64,000 bases of DNA from Octopus sinensis (lineage: Eukaryota). The first letter of the stretch is position 1. The number at the start of each line of letters is the position of its first letter. The notes under the pieces are model-generated. The model ran no database searches, was not told the origin of the DNA, and worked only from the letters and a program-made list of their open reading frames with translations. Shown here piece by piece: positions 13,847 through 26,674 of this stretch. The stretch spans positions 2,418,001 through 2,482,000 of the forward strand of contig NC_043019.1 of NCBI RefSeq assembly GCF_006345805.1, written 5' to 3'. Both the position numbers and the translations under genes were made by a program.

Positions 13847-14217
13847 TAGAACCTCGCATTACGAGTGCACTATTATAAAAGTAATTTGCTGTACGAGCCG
13901 ATACTCATTTATTGTGAAATACGAGCAGAAATCCGCAGTATGAGCACACGAATTGTTCCACCTTTAAGGTAATTCAGTTAATAAAACCAGTTCACATATT
14001 TCTTTCGCATTCTCTTTTATATAATTGTCATTTTACTTGTAATTACACCTTTTCTGTTTTAAGACACATTAAGAATTATTTTTGAGTGGTTTTGGTGAGC
14101 TGGAACGGGTTAATTCCAATGTTAATTTCAATGAGGAAAAATGATTTGTAGAACGAGTAAATCATAAGACGAGTACGGTCGTGGGTCGAATCAAAATTGT
14201 ACTGCGAGGCATCACTT
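13844..14217. mobile_element. pogo/Tigger-like MITE
   Basis: TA|CAGTAGAACCTCGC ... GCGAGGCATCACTT|TA imperfect TIRs with TA flanks. Confidence 0.65.
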
Positions 14218-14780
14218 TATATTATATGTGTGCATGCATACATATATATGTGTGTGTATGTGTGTGTGCGGTTATGTTTGGTCTCTCCATCGCTTCGCAA
14301 GTGGTATTGGATTGTCTACGTCCGGTAAAGTAGCTAATCGGTAAAAAAAAAATTCGTGGTAGATTCCACAGAAAGTAGTGATGTCCTGCGTCGGCGAAAA
14401 GCAGCGAGATTATCGTTTCTGTTGCAAAACTGGAAATGAGCAAAGGGAAACAGTTGAAGTCTGATGTCGAAAGTTGGGAGGCAGTCAATAAAACACAATG
14501 AGGTTGAGAATGTTGAATGGAGTAGGAGGGATGTTAAGAATATCGTTGAGAGGAATTAAAATAAGGTGCAAAGAAGGAAGGGTGGGAGGTGAGAAAGAAA
14601 AAACAGTTGAAAGCAATAAAATATATAATCTGAGAGAGAGAGAAAAATAAATTTAGGAATTGAATTGAACTGGCAGCGAAAATGTAAAGAGAATGACAAA
14701 AGAGCGGCCGGACGTATAAAAATGTCACTTTTGAAGAAAAAATGTCAGAAATATATAAGTGCATATATACATACGTATAT

Positions 14781-14839
<59 letters not shown>

Positions 14840-15403
14840 AATGTGTGGGTGGGTGGATGTCTGTATGCATATATATGTGTATATATGTATATATACATAT
14901 ATATATACATATACAATATATATATATAAATATACATATGATAATATAAATAATATATAAATATATGCATATATACATACATATATGTACATACCTACAT
15001 ATATATGTATATATACATGCATATATGGGTACAGGACATCAAAAAAATGAGGAACACAACGAGAAACGAAAACGTAAAAACAAAATCATGGAAATGGACT
15101 GTTTTCAAACAACGAGAAAACAGAGTACAAGACATACAACACAAGGAATATTCCCCTTCTTCAGTTGTCTCTTTCATCTACTCCACGTTACCTTCGATTC
15201 CTAAACCGGGCGATTTTTTATGTTCTTGAGCAAAGTGCTTCATTTCACATTGCTTCTGGCGGCGTAAATAAGAAATCATGCGATGGATTGGCGGCCTTTC
15301 CAAGGGTGGGGTGGAACATATGTACCATAAAATATGAAAAAACCGGCCTTATAAGCCTATGGCTCGGGAAGGACCTTTGATCCTTTATATATATATATAA
15401 TAT

Positions 15404-15502
<99 letters not shown>

Positions 15503-15559
15503 GTACCATATACATACGTACATTCCCAACTACAAAGTCCAGGTCTTGTTGCAGTGTAG

Positions 15560-15830
15560 TGTCTTGTGTTACTCGATTCTTGAGGACTATGCCACCGGAG
15601 CATAAGCTCCTCGTAGGGCCTCTCATGCGAGAGAGATCAAAGGATATAGGCCAAATTAATATGGACCACATGTTGTCAAATGTAAAAATAGATTGCTTAG
15701 GACCAACAACCTTACCAAGAAAAAAAAGCAAAGTTTCAGAAGCTTCGTTGACGATTCATAACCAACAAGACATGGGAGAGAAGAAAAGCCGTCGATGGTC
15801 TATGCTCTGTAGGGAGATTTACAGACATAT
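15560..15830 (+). mobile_element. RTE-like LINE 5' region fragment
   Basis: TATGCCACCGGAG...TCAAAGGATA shared with 38015-38250; resembles RTE 5' UTRs from memory. Confidence 0.45.
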
Positions 15831-16059
15831 AACATACATACATACATACATACATACATACATACATACATACATACATACATGCATGCATAAGTACATG
15901 GTGGCTGCCCCTCGTTATCGAGTATGGCCATTGCACGAAGCTTAATCAATATTATTATCGTGCAATGCCTGTGCAAGAAGATTTTTTTTAAAGTGAGGAA
16001 AGGCTGTGCACTGAGTCAATCCCACTCACTAAGCAACAGCAGCCATAATCCGAAAAGAA

Positions 16060-16450
16060 GAACAAGTCAACATCATCGGTAACCACTGAGCTGCAGGTTT
16101 TATGTCGGAGTTATCCCAGTTACCTGAGTTGCCTTCTCCTAGAAGGCTGCCCTAACAAAGGCTAGGAGTCCTTCACTCCCAATGGTTTAACCGCGCGATC
16201 GGGTATTCAGTCCGATTATTTCTATGTCCCCGCGCATGATACAGCCCTAAGACATTTATTGGATGGCCGTTGACTCTTAAGAGTTCCTCCGCTCTTTGAC
16301 AGGTTTTGTTTTTCATCCCGCAGGGTGTCCAATAAACACTCTCCTCACCAAGTAAGTTTGGTGGGGTTGCCGGCTTAGTCGCCGACGACCCGACCATGCA
16401 ACAGGTTGTACTGGGTTACATGTTACCAGTAGCACTCGAAAGTGACCTGA
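16060..16450 (-). mobile_element. RTE-like LINE 5' UTR fragment
   Basis: Minus strand GGGCAGCCTTCTAGGAGAAGGCAACTC...TAAAACCTG resembles an RTE 5' UTR motif. Confidence 0.5.
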
Positions 16451-16486
16451 CATAAATACATACATACATACATACATACATACATA

Positions 16487-16866
16487 CAGCTCTTGTACCG
16501 TGACTATGAATTCTCATTTGTACCTATCATCATAGGTGCATTAGGTTATGTACGAACAAATTTACACGAAAACCGTGAAACACTTCGTTCCACGGAAAAA
16601 GAGCAAAAGAAACTGAAGCGGATTCTCCAAATCCAATCTGTTAGTGGCACAGTGGCGATTTGTAAGACATTCTAAAAATTCTCCATGTGAGATTCTTATG
16701 TGAATACATGCAAACACTTGGGCATGTGCACAGTTCAATCCAACTCACCAACGAAACCATGTATTTACAAACACCGGGAACTTTCTTTACTCAGAAAGTC
16801 TTGTTGCTTTGTCAGCAACCGGCTTGAATTCTCTCAAGAAGAACTAAAATTAAACTCAAAGAAAAT
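16487..16866 (+). mobile_element. Short 3' fragment of the RLE LINE family seen at 7163-8233, in (CATA)n
   Basis: ORF YRDYEFSFVPIIIGALGYV...SGTVAICKTF; 3' UTR aligns to the reverse complement of 7163-7370; (CATA)n on both sides. Confidence 0.85.
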
Positions 16867-16919
<53 letters not shown>

Positions 16920-16927
16920 TATATATA

Positions 16928-17095
16928 TACATATATGACGGCTGTCTCACACGTGACGGAGGAAGTTCATCACAGATCTTTAGGAACATTGTGCACTCAA
17001 GTGTAACTTCTTTGGTGACTAATAAGCCCAGCTCTTGGGAAACATACACGTCAGCAGATAGTACAGAGCATACTTCCTCATTACTTTCGCATTCA
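16928..17095 (-). mobile_element. RTE LINE 3' end
   Basis: Minus frame MLCTIC*RVCFPRAGLISHQRS resembles the RTE C-terminal zinc finger. Confidence 0.65.
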
Positions 17096-17308
17096 CAACA
17101 CTGTATGTGTATGTATATATATTTGATCGTTTAAACATGTCTATCCGTAATTTTAAACTCTGTTAAAAACAACCTTGCTTTATAAATGTTTGTACCATCG
17201 ATAGGCAAAAGATTGTCGAAACTACTTTGGTATGTGATTAAATCTATTTCAAAACGGATGCACGTACTTCAAATTCAAGTGCACTTTCAAACACCAAAAC
17301 AAATCCTA

Positions 17309-17357
<49 letters not shown>

Positions 17358-17419
17358 ATAGAAGAAGAAGAAGAAGAAGAACATACGAAATTATTTGAAT
17401 TGCATAATAGGTTTTTTTC

Positions 17420-17679
17420 ACTAATCTTTGTTGTATGTGTTGGGGGGGTCATCTTTACCTTGTTATCTCCCCTCCTTTCCTTCCTGTGTTAAACCCTTCT
17501 GTCCGGCACTAGTCGCCATGATAGATCTCCTGTTTCTCTCCTTTTTTTCTGTGTCCCTTTCTGTAGAAGAGCGTAGGCTCGAAACGTAAAAGACTTTTTC
17601 TATTCCTGAGCGTTATACTAATACATCTGTTTGTTTTGTACACCACCTGTCTTCGTCTTTTGTTTTTTTCGTAAACTCT

Positions 17680-17682
<3 letters not shown>
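17420..17682 (+). mobile_element. Penelope-like remnant family H1 with hammerhead motif
   Basis: CTTT-CTGTAGA-A-GAGC-GTAG-GCTC-GAAAC-GTA-AAAG at 17557-17592; followed by (TA)n. Confidence 0.75.
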
Positions 17683-17746
<64 letters not shown>

Positions 17747-18276
17747 CAGATGGAAACTGGTTTATTTACTATGCCCGCGCGCATATGTATCTGTGTGTGT
17801 GTATTTGTATGTCTGTACATACATACATAGATATATACATACATATGTAGGCTTATACGATGAGCTTTCGTAGTTTTTCTCCGCGAAATTCCGCACAAAA
17901 GTCATTGGCCAGCGCGCAGTGAGAGTGAAGGCGGAACTGTGTAATTTGAGAAGTGAACTTCTTAGCTTAACTAAATCTTTAACTAAATATTTAACTGAAT
18001 ATTTAATCATGCTTAACAATGGTTTCATCCGAAAGGGGAAAATATTGCTTCTGTTAAAGAAAAGAATTCGTTTTGTAATTGTTTATTCAGATTTCATTTT
18101 AACGAGTAATATGAATTCCTGCAAAACCCACAAGGGTTGTTTGACGGTCACTGTTTACATTTTGTGTGATAGGGTTACACAAAGAACACCCATGTGCACA
18201 CGCACTCACCTATATACACGCACACACACACATACACAAACACACACGTATACTCACACAAATACACGTGTATATA

Positions 18277-18508
18277 TATTTCTTTACTACCCACAAGGGG
18301 CTAAACACAGAGGTGACAAACAGGGACAGACAAAGGGATTAAGTCGATTACATCGACCCCAGTGCGTAACTGGTACTTAATTTATCGACCCCGAAAGGAT
18401 GAAAGGCGAAGTCGACCTCGGCGGAATTTGAACTCAGAACGTAACGACAGACGAAATATGGCTACGCATTTCGCCCGGTGTGCTAACGTTTCTGCCAGCT
18501 CGCCGCCC
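18277..18508 (-). mobile_element. tRNA-derived SINE family B, tail-A monomer with TSD
   Basis: Head GGCGGCGAGCTGGCAG, B-box GAGTTCAAATTCC, tail GTGGGTAGTAAAGAAATA; 16-bp TSD ATACACGTGTATATAT at 18262-18277 and 18510-18525. Confidence 0.92.
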
Positions 18509-18805
18509 TATACACGTGTATATATTCTACATCATGGAAGTACTGAGTTCCTGAAAATTTTGCTGTAATGTTAAGTAGCTCCGTAACACGAAATCAACTT
18601 CTCCATCGATTTCCCTGCTACATAGAAATCAATGAAGATGTAATTAATGGGAAAATTCGAATTTATGTTACAGAAATTCACGTTACACCAAGATTGTCAA
18701 GAATGCAATGCTACTGCAACGCAAATGCTTCATACATATCTATACATAAGTGTGTGCGTACGTGCGTGCATGCGTGTGTGTGTGTGTGTGCGTGCGTGTG
18801 TGCGT

Positions 18806-18843
<38 letters not shown>

Positions 18844-19165
18844 TGTACAACAGTGAAGGATGTAAGCTGTTAAACTGTTACTCTTCCCAAGAAGTCCTTT
18901 GCAATATTTGTATTGTGATGCGTTACAGACTCTCTTGTCTTTCTCGACGCCGGTGAAGTGGTCCGTTGAAAACCTGTAACCAAAGACGCTATAGTGCACT
19001 TACTGAAATATGTAGCAAGAATTAATAAATTACGAAATACACTCTGGAATCGAACTGAGAAAATATCAACTCGACTGTTTCGCCTCAGCAAATATAAGAA
19101 AGCAGAGATAAGGGAGAAGAACTCCTTGATAACTATTTTCATTTAGGCGACATTATACGTCAGTT

Positions 19166-19411
19166 TTTTTTTGGGGGGGGAGTTTTACCCTTTTAAAGCC
19201 TAGCCAGTCTCATGGGCCCGGTTTCCCGGTTTCTATAGTGTATGTGTTCCCCAGCTGGACGGGACACCAGTCCATCGCAGCGTTACTCATTTTTGCCAGC
19301 TGAGAGGACTGGAGCAACGTGAAATGAAGTGTTTTGCTCAAGAACACAACGCGTCGCCCGGTCCAGGAATCGAAACCACAATCTTACGATCATGATGCTG
19401 ACACCCTAACC
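19166..19411 (-). mobile_element. tRNA-derived SINE (family C-type head, different tail)
   Basis: B-box GGTTTCGATTCC and TTCTTGAGCAAAAC motif; 9-bp direct repeat ACGTCAGTT at 19157 and 19412. Confidence 0.75.
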
Positions 19412-19762
19412 ACGTCAGTTAAAAAATGTATTATTTACAAATGCTTAATATCGGTTTGGTTATTAGTCTCTTTTGTAAATGGCATAATGACTAACTTGTA
19501 TAGTCAGACTAGTGAGGAAATTTCTATTTGGTTGATCGGTCTGCAAGAAATGGCAGCTCAGCATCTGTCATATGAAAGTATCAAAGCCTGACATAATTAC
19601 TTACACATTAATGCGTAGTCAATTGCCTTGAATCATCACTGGTCATAGGTAACCATTAGCGGGAGATCAGCCTTATTGATACCATGTCTGCGATGAACAA
19701 ACAATATCAATTCTGTCTAACTTACAATAGTCGATTCAAACATATCTTACAGATAACAAGAG

Positions 19763-20174
19763 GAGTTTTTTCTAGCGGTGTCATATGAAATTGTCACCCA
19801 TAATTATAACCCTAGTATCGATCTATTGCATTTCAATCTGTTTTAGGGTTAGTTAAGGTTAGGGTTAGGATTAGGGGTGGGGGAAGGGTATCTTTTTTTC
19901 TTCACAAATGTAAATAAACCCAATCTGTTTCTTAAACGAGGGACATATTCATACGGTACAGAATGTTGTTTACCTCAATGGGCGTCACTGATTGGTTGAA
20001 ATTGCAGAAATTGAAGAAAAAAAACAACAAATATCTTACAAACTATAGAATTTTCTCAATAAAGCCAAGAGAAAAAGATATTTTATAAACATATTCTACC
20101 AGTATACGAAGTTTAAAATTATTTAGTTACCTAGAAATTATGTTAAAAACTGCAGTTCAAACCGAAAAGACCCC
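19763..20174. mobile_element. MITE-like element with internal TTAGGG-like tract
   Basis: AGTTTTT at the left end vs AAAAACT at the right end; internal TTAGGG-like repeats at 19845-19880; internal part homologous to 3980-4140. Confidence 0.5.
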
Positions 20175-20340
20175 AAGAGGATACTAAACACATTCACCAT
20201 CGATGTAAAGGTCTGTAATTAGATTCTGCAGGGTATTTGTGTCCTGCCTTCCAACGCGTTCTACTACTTCACAACCACTTTGCATAAGCAGCAGCTTTAA
20301 ATAAGAGTGAACTGGAAGGCTCACAGATATAGAGGAGATT

Positions 20341-20573
20341 GAAGGCGGCGAGCTGGCAGACTCGTTAGCACGCCGAGCGAAATGCGTAGCCGTATTTCGT
20401 CTGCCGTTACGTTCTGAGTTCAAATTCCGCAGAGGTCGACTTTGCCTTTCATCCTTTCGGGGTTGATAAATTAAGTACCAGTTACGCACTGGGATCGATG
20501 TAATCGACTTAATCCATTTGTCTGTCCTTGTTTGCCCCCTTTGTGTTTAGCCTCTTGTGGGTAGTAAAGAAAT
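20341..20573 (+). mobile_element. SINE family B, tail-A monomer with TSD
   Basis: Full head to AAAGAAAT tail; TSD AGATAT(A/G)GAGGAGATT at 20325-20340 and 20574-20589. Confidence 0.92.
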
Positions 20574-21087
20574 AGATATGGAGGAGATTATAAACCGAAA
20601 GTCTAAACTATCTTTAAGTGTAAATTAATTTTGTTAGCAATGTAATCGTTGATACATTTAATGTGGTAAGAACGATAACTTTTATGCACCCTTTGCCTTC
20701 CTGCGCATCACATGTGACACACAGGACATATATCCCTTCATATATGATACATTCCTTTTTTTTCATTTTTTCAACTACCAAAGTAACGTGAGATATATGA
20801 ATGACAAGTTTATATTACTCAGAATGTATGAAACAAGGGTTAAATAAAAATCTGGAAACAACCATGGATTTTTACGGCAAACTTATGGAAATGCTTTGGA
20901 GAGGAAAAGGGTTAACCGAGAAGAGATTAACTTTCTGGAAAATGTTTAAATCAATAAAAGATGTGCAAAAAGACAAATCAAAATGAAAATAAAAACTGAA
21001 AAGCCTTGTCCGCTCAGGCAACAATGCACCGAGATAATGTGGTAAAGGAAGAAGAAATAAACAAATAGTAGACAGACATGGAGAAAA

Positions 21088-21126
21088 CTTGGGCGCGTTT
21101 CGGTATCATTTGACCTCTTCAGCAAA
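21088..21126 (-). ncRNA. Minimal type I hammerhead motif, probably inactive (GCC at cleavage triplet)
   Basis: TTTG-CTGAAGA-GGT...ACC-GAAAC-GC-GCC-CAAG on the minus strand, in a Penelope-like context. Confidence 0.55.
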
Positions 21127-21855
21127 TAATAGCGATTCCTGTGTCTACTAGAAAGAAAAAGTAAATGCATATACGCGACGATCAACCATTAAACGAAAGA
21201 AGCATGTGCTTAGGGCTCGAAGGAAAGAAGGTAGAAGCAAAGTTTGTTTTGTTGTTTGTTTTGTTGTTTGTTTTTGTTTTGTTTTTTGTTGGGGGTGGTA
21301 TTTTTCGCAGTACCGGATTTACTATGACACAAATGGAAAGACTGTAGCAGTTTTTAAAAAAAAAAAATGATAATAAACTGTTGAAATTTTTTCTTTCTTC
21401 CTGTTGCCCTAAATATAAGTAATATATTTATTCAGTGCTAAATAAATAAAACTGAAGAAAAAACAGGTCACATTTAATGTAATTGTGGGGTCGGACCAAG
21501 AGGACAGACCGAAAGGAAAAGGATTTTTTTTCTTGTTAATCTTATGTTTTACATTCAACTCTTAAGATGTGTTAGTTATCAGTTAGACAATGGGAGAGTC
21601 GAGGAGTTGCTATTGTCTGAGCTGCACTTGGCACATCTGTTGACCTTTCTCGTGTCTTGTATAGCCAGAGTATGTGTAATATTTTTAAATTTTTCATAAA
21701 ACCACACAGATGTTTTATTATGAGATTATAGATAATCTTGATCAACTTAAACATTGAAAGTAAGCACGGATGTATCGTATTACGATCGAATCAATAAGTT
21801 TTGGCTTCATATTGAACAGTTGATTTCTCCGTTTGTATGAGAGAGTGAAATAGAT

Positions 21856-22072
21856 ACTCTTTACTCTTTTACTTGTTTCAGTCATTTGACTGCGACCATG
21901 CTGGAGCACCGCCTTTAGTCGAGCAAATCGACCCCGGGGACTTATTCTTTGCAAGCCCAGTACTTATTCTATCGGTCTCTTTTGCCAAACCGCTAAGTGA
22001 CACGGGACGTAAACACACCAGCATCGGTTGTCAAGCAATGCTAGGGGGACAAACACAGACACACAAACACCT

Positions 22073-22113
<41 letters not shown>

Positions 22114-22276
22114 CGACAGGCTTCTTTCAGTTTCCCTCTACCAAATCCACTCACAAGGCATTGGTCGGCCCGGGGCTATAGCAGAAGACACTTGCCCAAG
22201 GTGCCACGCAGTGGGACTGAACCCGGAACCATGTGGTTGGTTAGCAAGCTACTTACCACACAGCCCCTCCTGCGCC
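21856..22276 (-). mobile_element. SINE family A, young full-length copy
   Basis: Intact A/B boxes, CCTTGGGCAAG, internal (TA)n and tail. Confidence 0.92.
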
Positions 22277-22684
22277 TATAAATGTATAGATGTATCTTAT
22301 TCCATCAGAAACCACAAGAATTTTAAAAAACTAGAAATTTAAAAAATGAACCAGCTAGAGGGGATCTACATGGTTGCTTGAACTAGAAAAAAGTAGTTGT
22401 TGTAATATCATCCTCTACAAATTTAAAAGTTATATTTAATAGCATAGTCCCTAGCAAGCCTTGTTGGTACAGTAATAGTTTAGAAATTCAATGTGGCAAA
22501 CACGATTACTTGTATTAACCAAGTCTATATCGGTCGAGAAGAGGTTAGCGTTGTTGAACTTCTTGAACAATGCTTAAAAGCAAAGGAGACAATCCATAGG
22601 AAGACCGAAATGCGTTGACACACCAGAGGTAATGTGATCTGGAAAACTGACGGAATGATCGTAGCTGGACAAGGGAAAATATGT

Positions 22685-22818
22685 TTACCAGCCACATGGT
22701 TCCGGGTTCAGTCCCACTGCGTGGCACCTTGGGCAAGTGTCTTCCACTATAGCCTCAGGCCGACCAAAGCCTTGTGATTGGATTTGGTAGGCGGAAACTG
22801 AAAGAAGCCCGTCGTATA

Positions 22819-22904
<86 letters not shown>

Positions 22905-22906
22905 TG

Positions 22907-22999
<93 letters not shown>

Positions 23000-23210
23000 T
23001 TGTGTGTCTGCGTTTGTCCCCCCAACATCGCTTGACAACCGATGCTGGTGTGTTTACGTCCCCGTAACTTAGCGGTTCGGCAAAAGAGACCGATAGAATA
23101 AGTACTAGGCTTACAAAGAATAAGTCCTGGGGGTCGATTTGCTCGACTAAAGGCCGGTGCTCCAGCATGGCCACAGTCACATGACCGAAACAAGTAAAAA
23201 GTAAGTAAAA
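22685..23210 (+). mobile_element. SINE family A, head-truncated copy
   Basis: Starts at TTACCAGCCACATGG within the head; long internal microsatellite; tail present. Confidence 0.9.
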
Positions 23211-23358
23211 AAAAATATCCTTCATTGCCGGTAAAAATGATTACAGCTGGAAAGCTTCTGATAATAGGTTTGTGTAGCCCAGAGTTGACCTGGGATTAAA
23301 CAACAACTAGAAACGAATGTCCTTGACATCAATTCCTGTTCACTAAATTTAGACTCAC

Positions 23359-23445
23359 TGCACGACACAGCGGAAGCATATATTCGTTGAACCAAGTCAT
23401 GAAGTTCTCCCACTTCATCGTCATCCGCTTTAAAGGGGAACACGC
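23359..23445 (-). CDS. Candidate 87-nt internal coding exon of an unidentified gene
   Basis: Acceptor ACTTTCTCCTCGAGCAG|, donor |GTGAGT, length divisible by 3, two open frames; no homology recognised. Confidence 0.3.
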
Positions 23446-23799
23446 CTGCTCGAGGAGAAAGTCATTTCCTGGTTGGATTTAACTGATAGTAATGATATTA
23501 TTGAAAGCATATGCTGTAGTAGACCATTCATAATATCAACGGGTGATTAAAGTGTTACAATGTATCATATGTTGTATGGCTTATGTGTATTATCTTTGGT
23601 GGTCCTGTTTTTAGCACAGTTGATTTCCCTCAACATATGAAGTAACCGCCAGAAGGGCTTTGAAAAGTTTAATACTGCTGTTTCATGTTTACATTACAAA
23701 ATGGCTCCCCTGTTTTATCGCTTCAGATTTGACTAATATAATTAACACAATTAATTTGCACATGCACAAAAACTCACCATGTATATATATATATATATA

Positions 23800-24009
23800 A
23801 GTCCGAGTCAGACGCCATGATAGATCGTTAGCCACTACACACATTTTTTTCTCTCCTTGTTTCTCTCCTTGTTTTTTTCTGTGTAAATTTCTGTAGAAGA
23901 GCATAGGCTCGAAACATAAAAGACTTTTTCTAATCCTGAGCGTTATACTTATACATCTGTTTGTTTTGTACACTACCTGTCTTCGTCTTTTGTTTTTTTC
24001 GTAAACTTT

Positions 24010-24012
<3 letters not shown>
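23800..24012 (+). mobile_element. Penelope-like remnant family H1 inserted in (TA)n
   Basis: (TA)n on both sides; hammerhead motif at 23887-23922 with CpG decay. Confidence 0.75.
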
Positions 24013-24056
<44 letters not shown>

Positions 24057-24219
24057 CATACATACATACATACATACATACATACGTGCATACATATACA
24101 CTGGAAGGGACAAAATAACGGGAACATCTTGTTCTTAAATGAAAGTTTTATTTTTGAATATAGAGTTGGTTCATCTTTACTATCAGACTCAGATTTAAAA
24201 CGTCGAAGAATTGACTCAT

Positions 24220-24455
24220 ACATGTTCTAAACGGTTGTTAGGAGAATTTTGAGCCAGTTTTCAAGGAAAACCTGCTTCAGCTCTTTCAGCGTCGATAACG
24301 GAGAGAGATGAAGCAGGCTTTCTCACTTGTTCTATTATGCACCCCAAAACCTTAGATCATCCTGAAATCGGTGATTTTGGGAGCCAGTCTAAGTGGCCTA
24401 CTTCACTTTTGTGCTCTTCGTACCAATTCTGAATAACATTAGCTTTACCGTGTGA
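24220..24455 (-). mobile_element. Tc1-like transposase remnant
   Basis: ANVIQNWYEEHKSEVGHLDWLPKSPI resembles the Tc1 WP.QSPDLNPIE region. Confidence 0.55.
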
Positions 24456-24466
24456 ATCGCACACAC

Positions 24467-24511
<45 letters not shown>

Positions 24512-24775
24512 CGAACACACACACATACATACAGATGTACATACATATAAGCATGCATATATACATGTATGTGTGTCAATGTATGTGTATATACACAGAA
24601 AGAGACAGACAGATAGACAGGCTGTCAGACAGACAGATAGTTGTATAAATTATATACCCTCTTTGGCAAATAAATTTATGTATTAGTTATATGCCATAGA
24701 TATCCACACATAACACACACGTACACATAAATTATGCCCACCTACACATACACAGGAACACATGTGTATATGTAG

Positions 24776-24807
<32 letters not shown>

Positions 24808-25328
24808 GGGGGAGCAGACGGAGAGAGAAAGCCACTTCCTCCGCAACCATATTTTCAAAGAGTTTAAAATTCAAGGGAGCACATTTGATGGTCATTGGGT
24901 CAAACAAATTTACGCGAAAATTAAGAGTTATGTAACCGTCTTTCTTCGTATGATCTTTATAAAACGATATATCTTCTTTATCTGATATATTTGAGTGCTC
25001 CGTTTGTTCTTGCCTATTAACCACACCCGATCACACACACACACACAACACACATAACACACACACACACACACAGAATATAATATTCAGTTATGTGATT
25101 CATAAGTGCACCGCAGGGTACATCATAAATAATCAGAGTGAGGTATATTTCATGAAATACGCTCTTCAAATATTTACATAGATTATGGAGTATTCGGAGA
25201 CTACGATATAAGTGTATACAGTGAAACAACAAACAAAATTAATCAACTTTTGATACACGATAGGAAAGATATACGAGCGTGTATATATGTATGTATATAT
25301 GTATATATATAATATATATATATATAAT

Positions 25329-25375
<47 letters not shown>

Positions 25376-25377
25376 TT

Positions 25378-25723
25378 TTATCTTTTTACGTGTTTCAGTC
25401 ATTTGACAGCCGCCTTGAAAAGTTTTAGCCGAATAAATAGAACCCAAGATTTGCTTTTTTTTTAGAACCTGGTACTTATTTTATCGTTTTATTTTGTCGA
25501 ACTGTTAAGTTACGGGGACGTAGGCACACATACACCGGTTGTCAAGCGGTGGTAGGTGACAAACACAGAGACAAAGACACACACATGCACGTAGATACGC
25601 ACGCGCATACACACACACACACACACACACACATATGTAGTAGAAGACACTTGTCCAAGGTACTGCGCAGTGGGACTGAACCCGGAACCATGTGGTTATG
25701 AAGCACACAGCCATACCGGCGCC
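25378..25723 (-). mobile_element. SINE family A, diverged copy
   Basis: Homology to family A tail, centre and head. Confidence 0.8.
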
Positions 25724-25756
25724 TAAAGATATTTATTTATTAATATATATATATAT

Positions 25757-26591
25757 ATGGTGCGGTGAATAAATAAATTGTCGCCTAAATTAAGCAAAAA
25801 TTAAAAATAACACTGGCATCCTATTTTAACAGATATATTTACCAAAATTACATTAAAATATCTTGAAATAATAAAGAGCAGATTTATTCAATAAAATCGA
25901 CATTTGGATTCAACCACGGCCTCCAGACGACTTCGGAATCTCTTGCAACTCTTCTGGGCCGTCACTTTGTTTAAGTTGGTGAAGCTGTCATAACCCTTGC
26001 CTTCAGTTCATCTCTGATGTTACAAGGAGTTTTGTTGGTCTCTCGCTGAACTGCGCCCAACACATAATATTCAGGAGGGTTGCAGTCTAGGGAGTTAGGT
26101 GGACAGATGTTAGTGGTGATATGGACACATAAATTGTCTGACAGCCATGACTAACTTTTCCTGCTTGTGTGGTATAGTGCAGAGTCCTGTTGCCAGATAT
26201 AGGGTCGTCCAGCAACCACCCTCTTGACCCAGGGCAGTGCTACCTTCTCCAGGCACTCGATGTAGGCCTCCGTGTTGAGTCTGAGTGATCGCTCCAAACA
26301 CCAGGATGCTGACTGGATGTTTGATTTTTATCACTCTCGGTACATGTCCTCAGATTGACACCCAAACACTCCGAAATGTTCGTATTGGAGCTTCCGGTGC
26401 GAATGCCAAGCAGTAAAGCATATCGTTTCCAAATTTCTGACAGAGTGAATTGCGTAATGGCACTGTTTTCCTCACAGACGGTGCCCAACTGACCGTACTA
26501 TATGGTGTAGTCGACAAAATCAAAAACAATGTGCATGTGCCAAATTGAAATTAAAGATATAAAATGGCGACAATTTCTCCATCGCACCCTG
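25757..26591 (-). mobile_element. Internally deleted Tc1/mariner (maT/DD37D-like) DNA transposon
   Basis: TIR CAGGGTGCGATGGAGAAATTGTCGCC at the right end with TA, eroded match at the left; decayed transposase KHPVSI..F, RPYIWQQDSA, ICPPNSLDCNP. Confidence 0.85.
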
Positions 26592-26620
26592 TATGTACAT
26601 ACATAAATACACACATGCAT

Positions 26621-26674
<54 letters not shown>

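Noticed and set aside
20341-20430. tRNA gene (also the heads at 1569, 4871 and 6463)
   Set aside because: A/B boxes continue into SINE bodies with tails and TSDs; no complete cloverleaf
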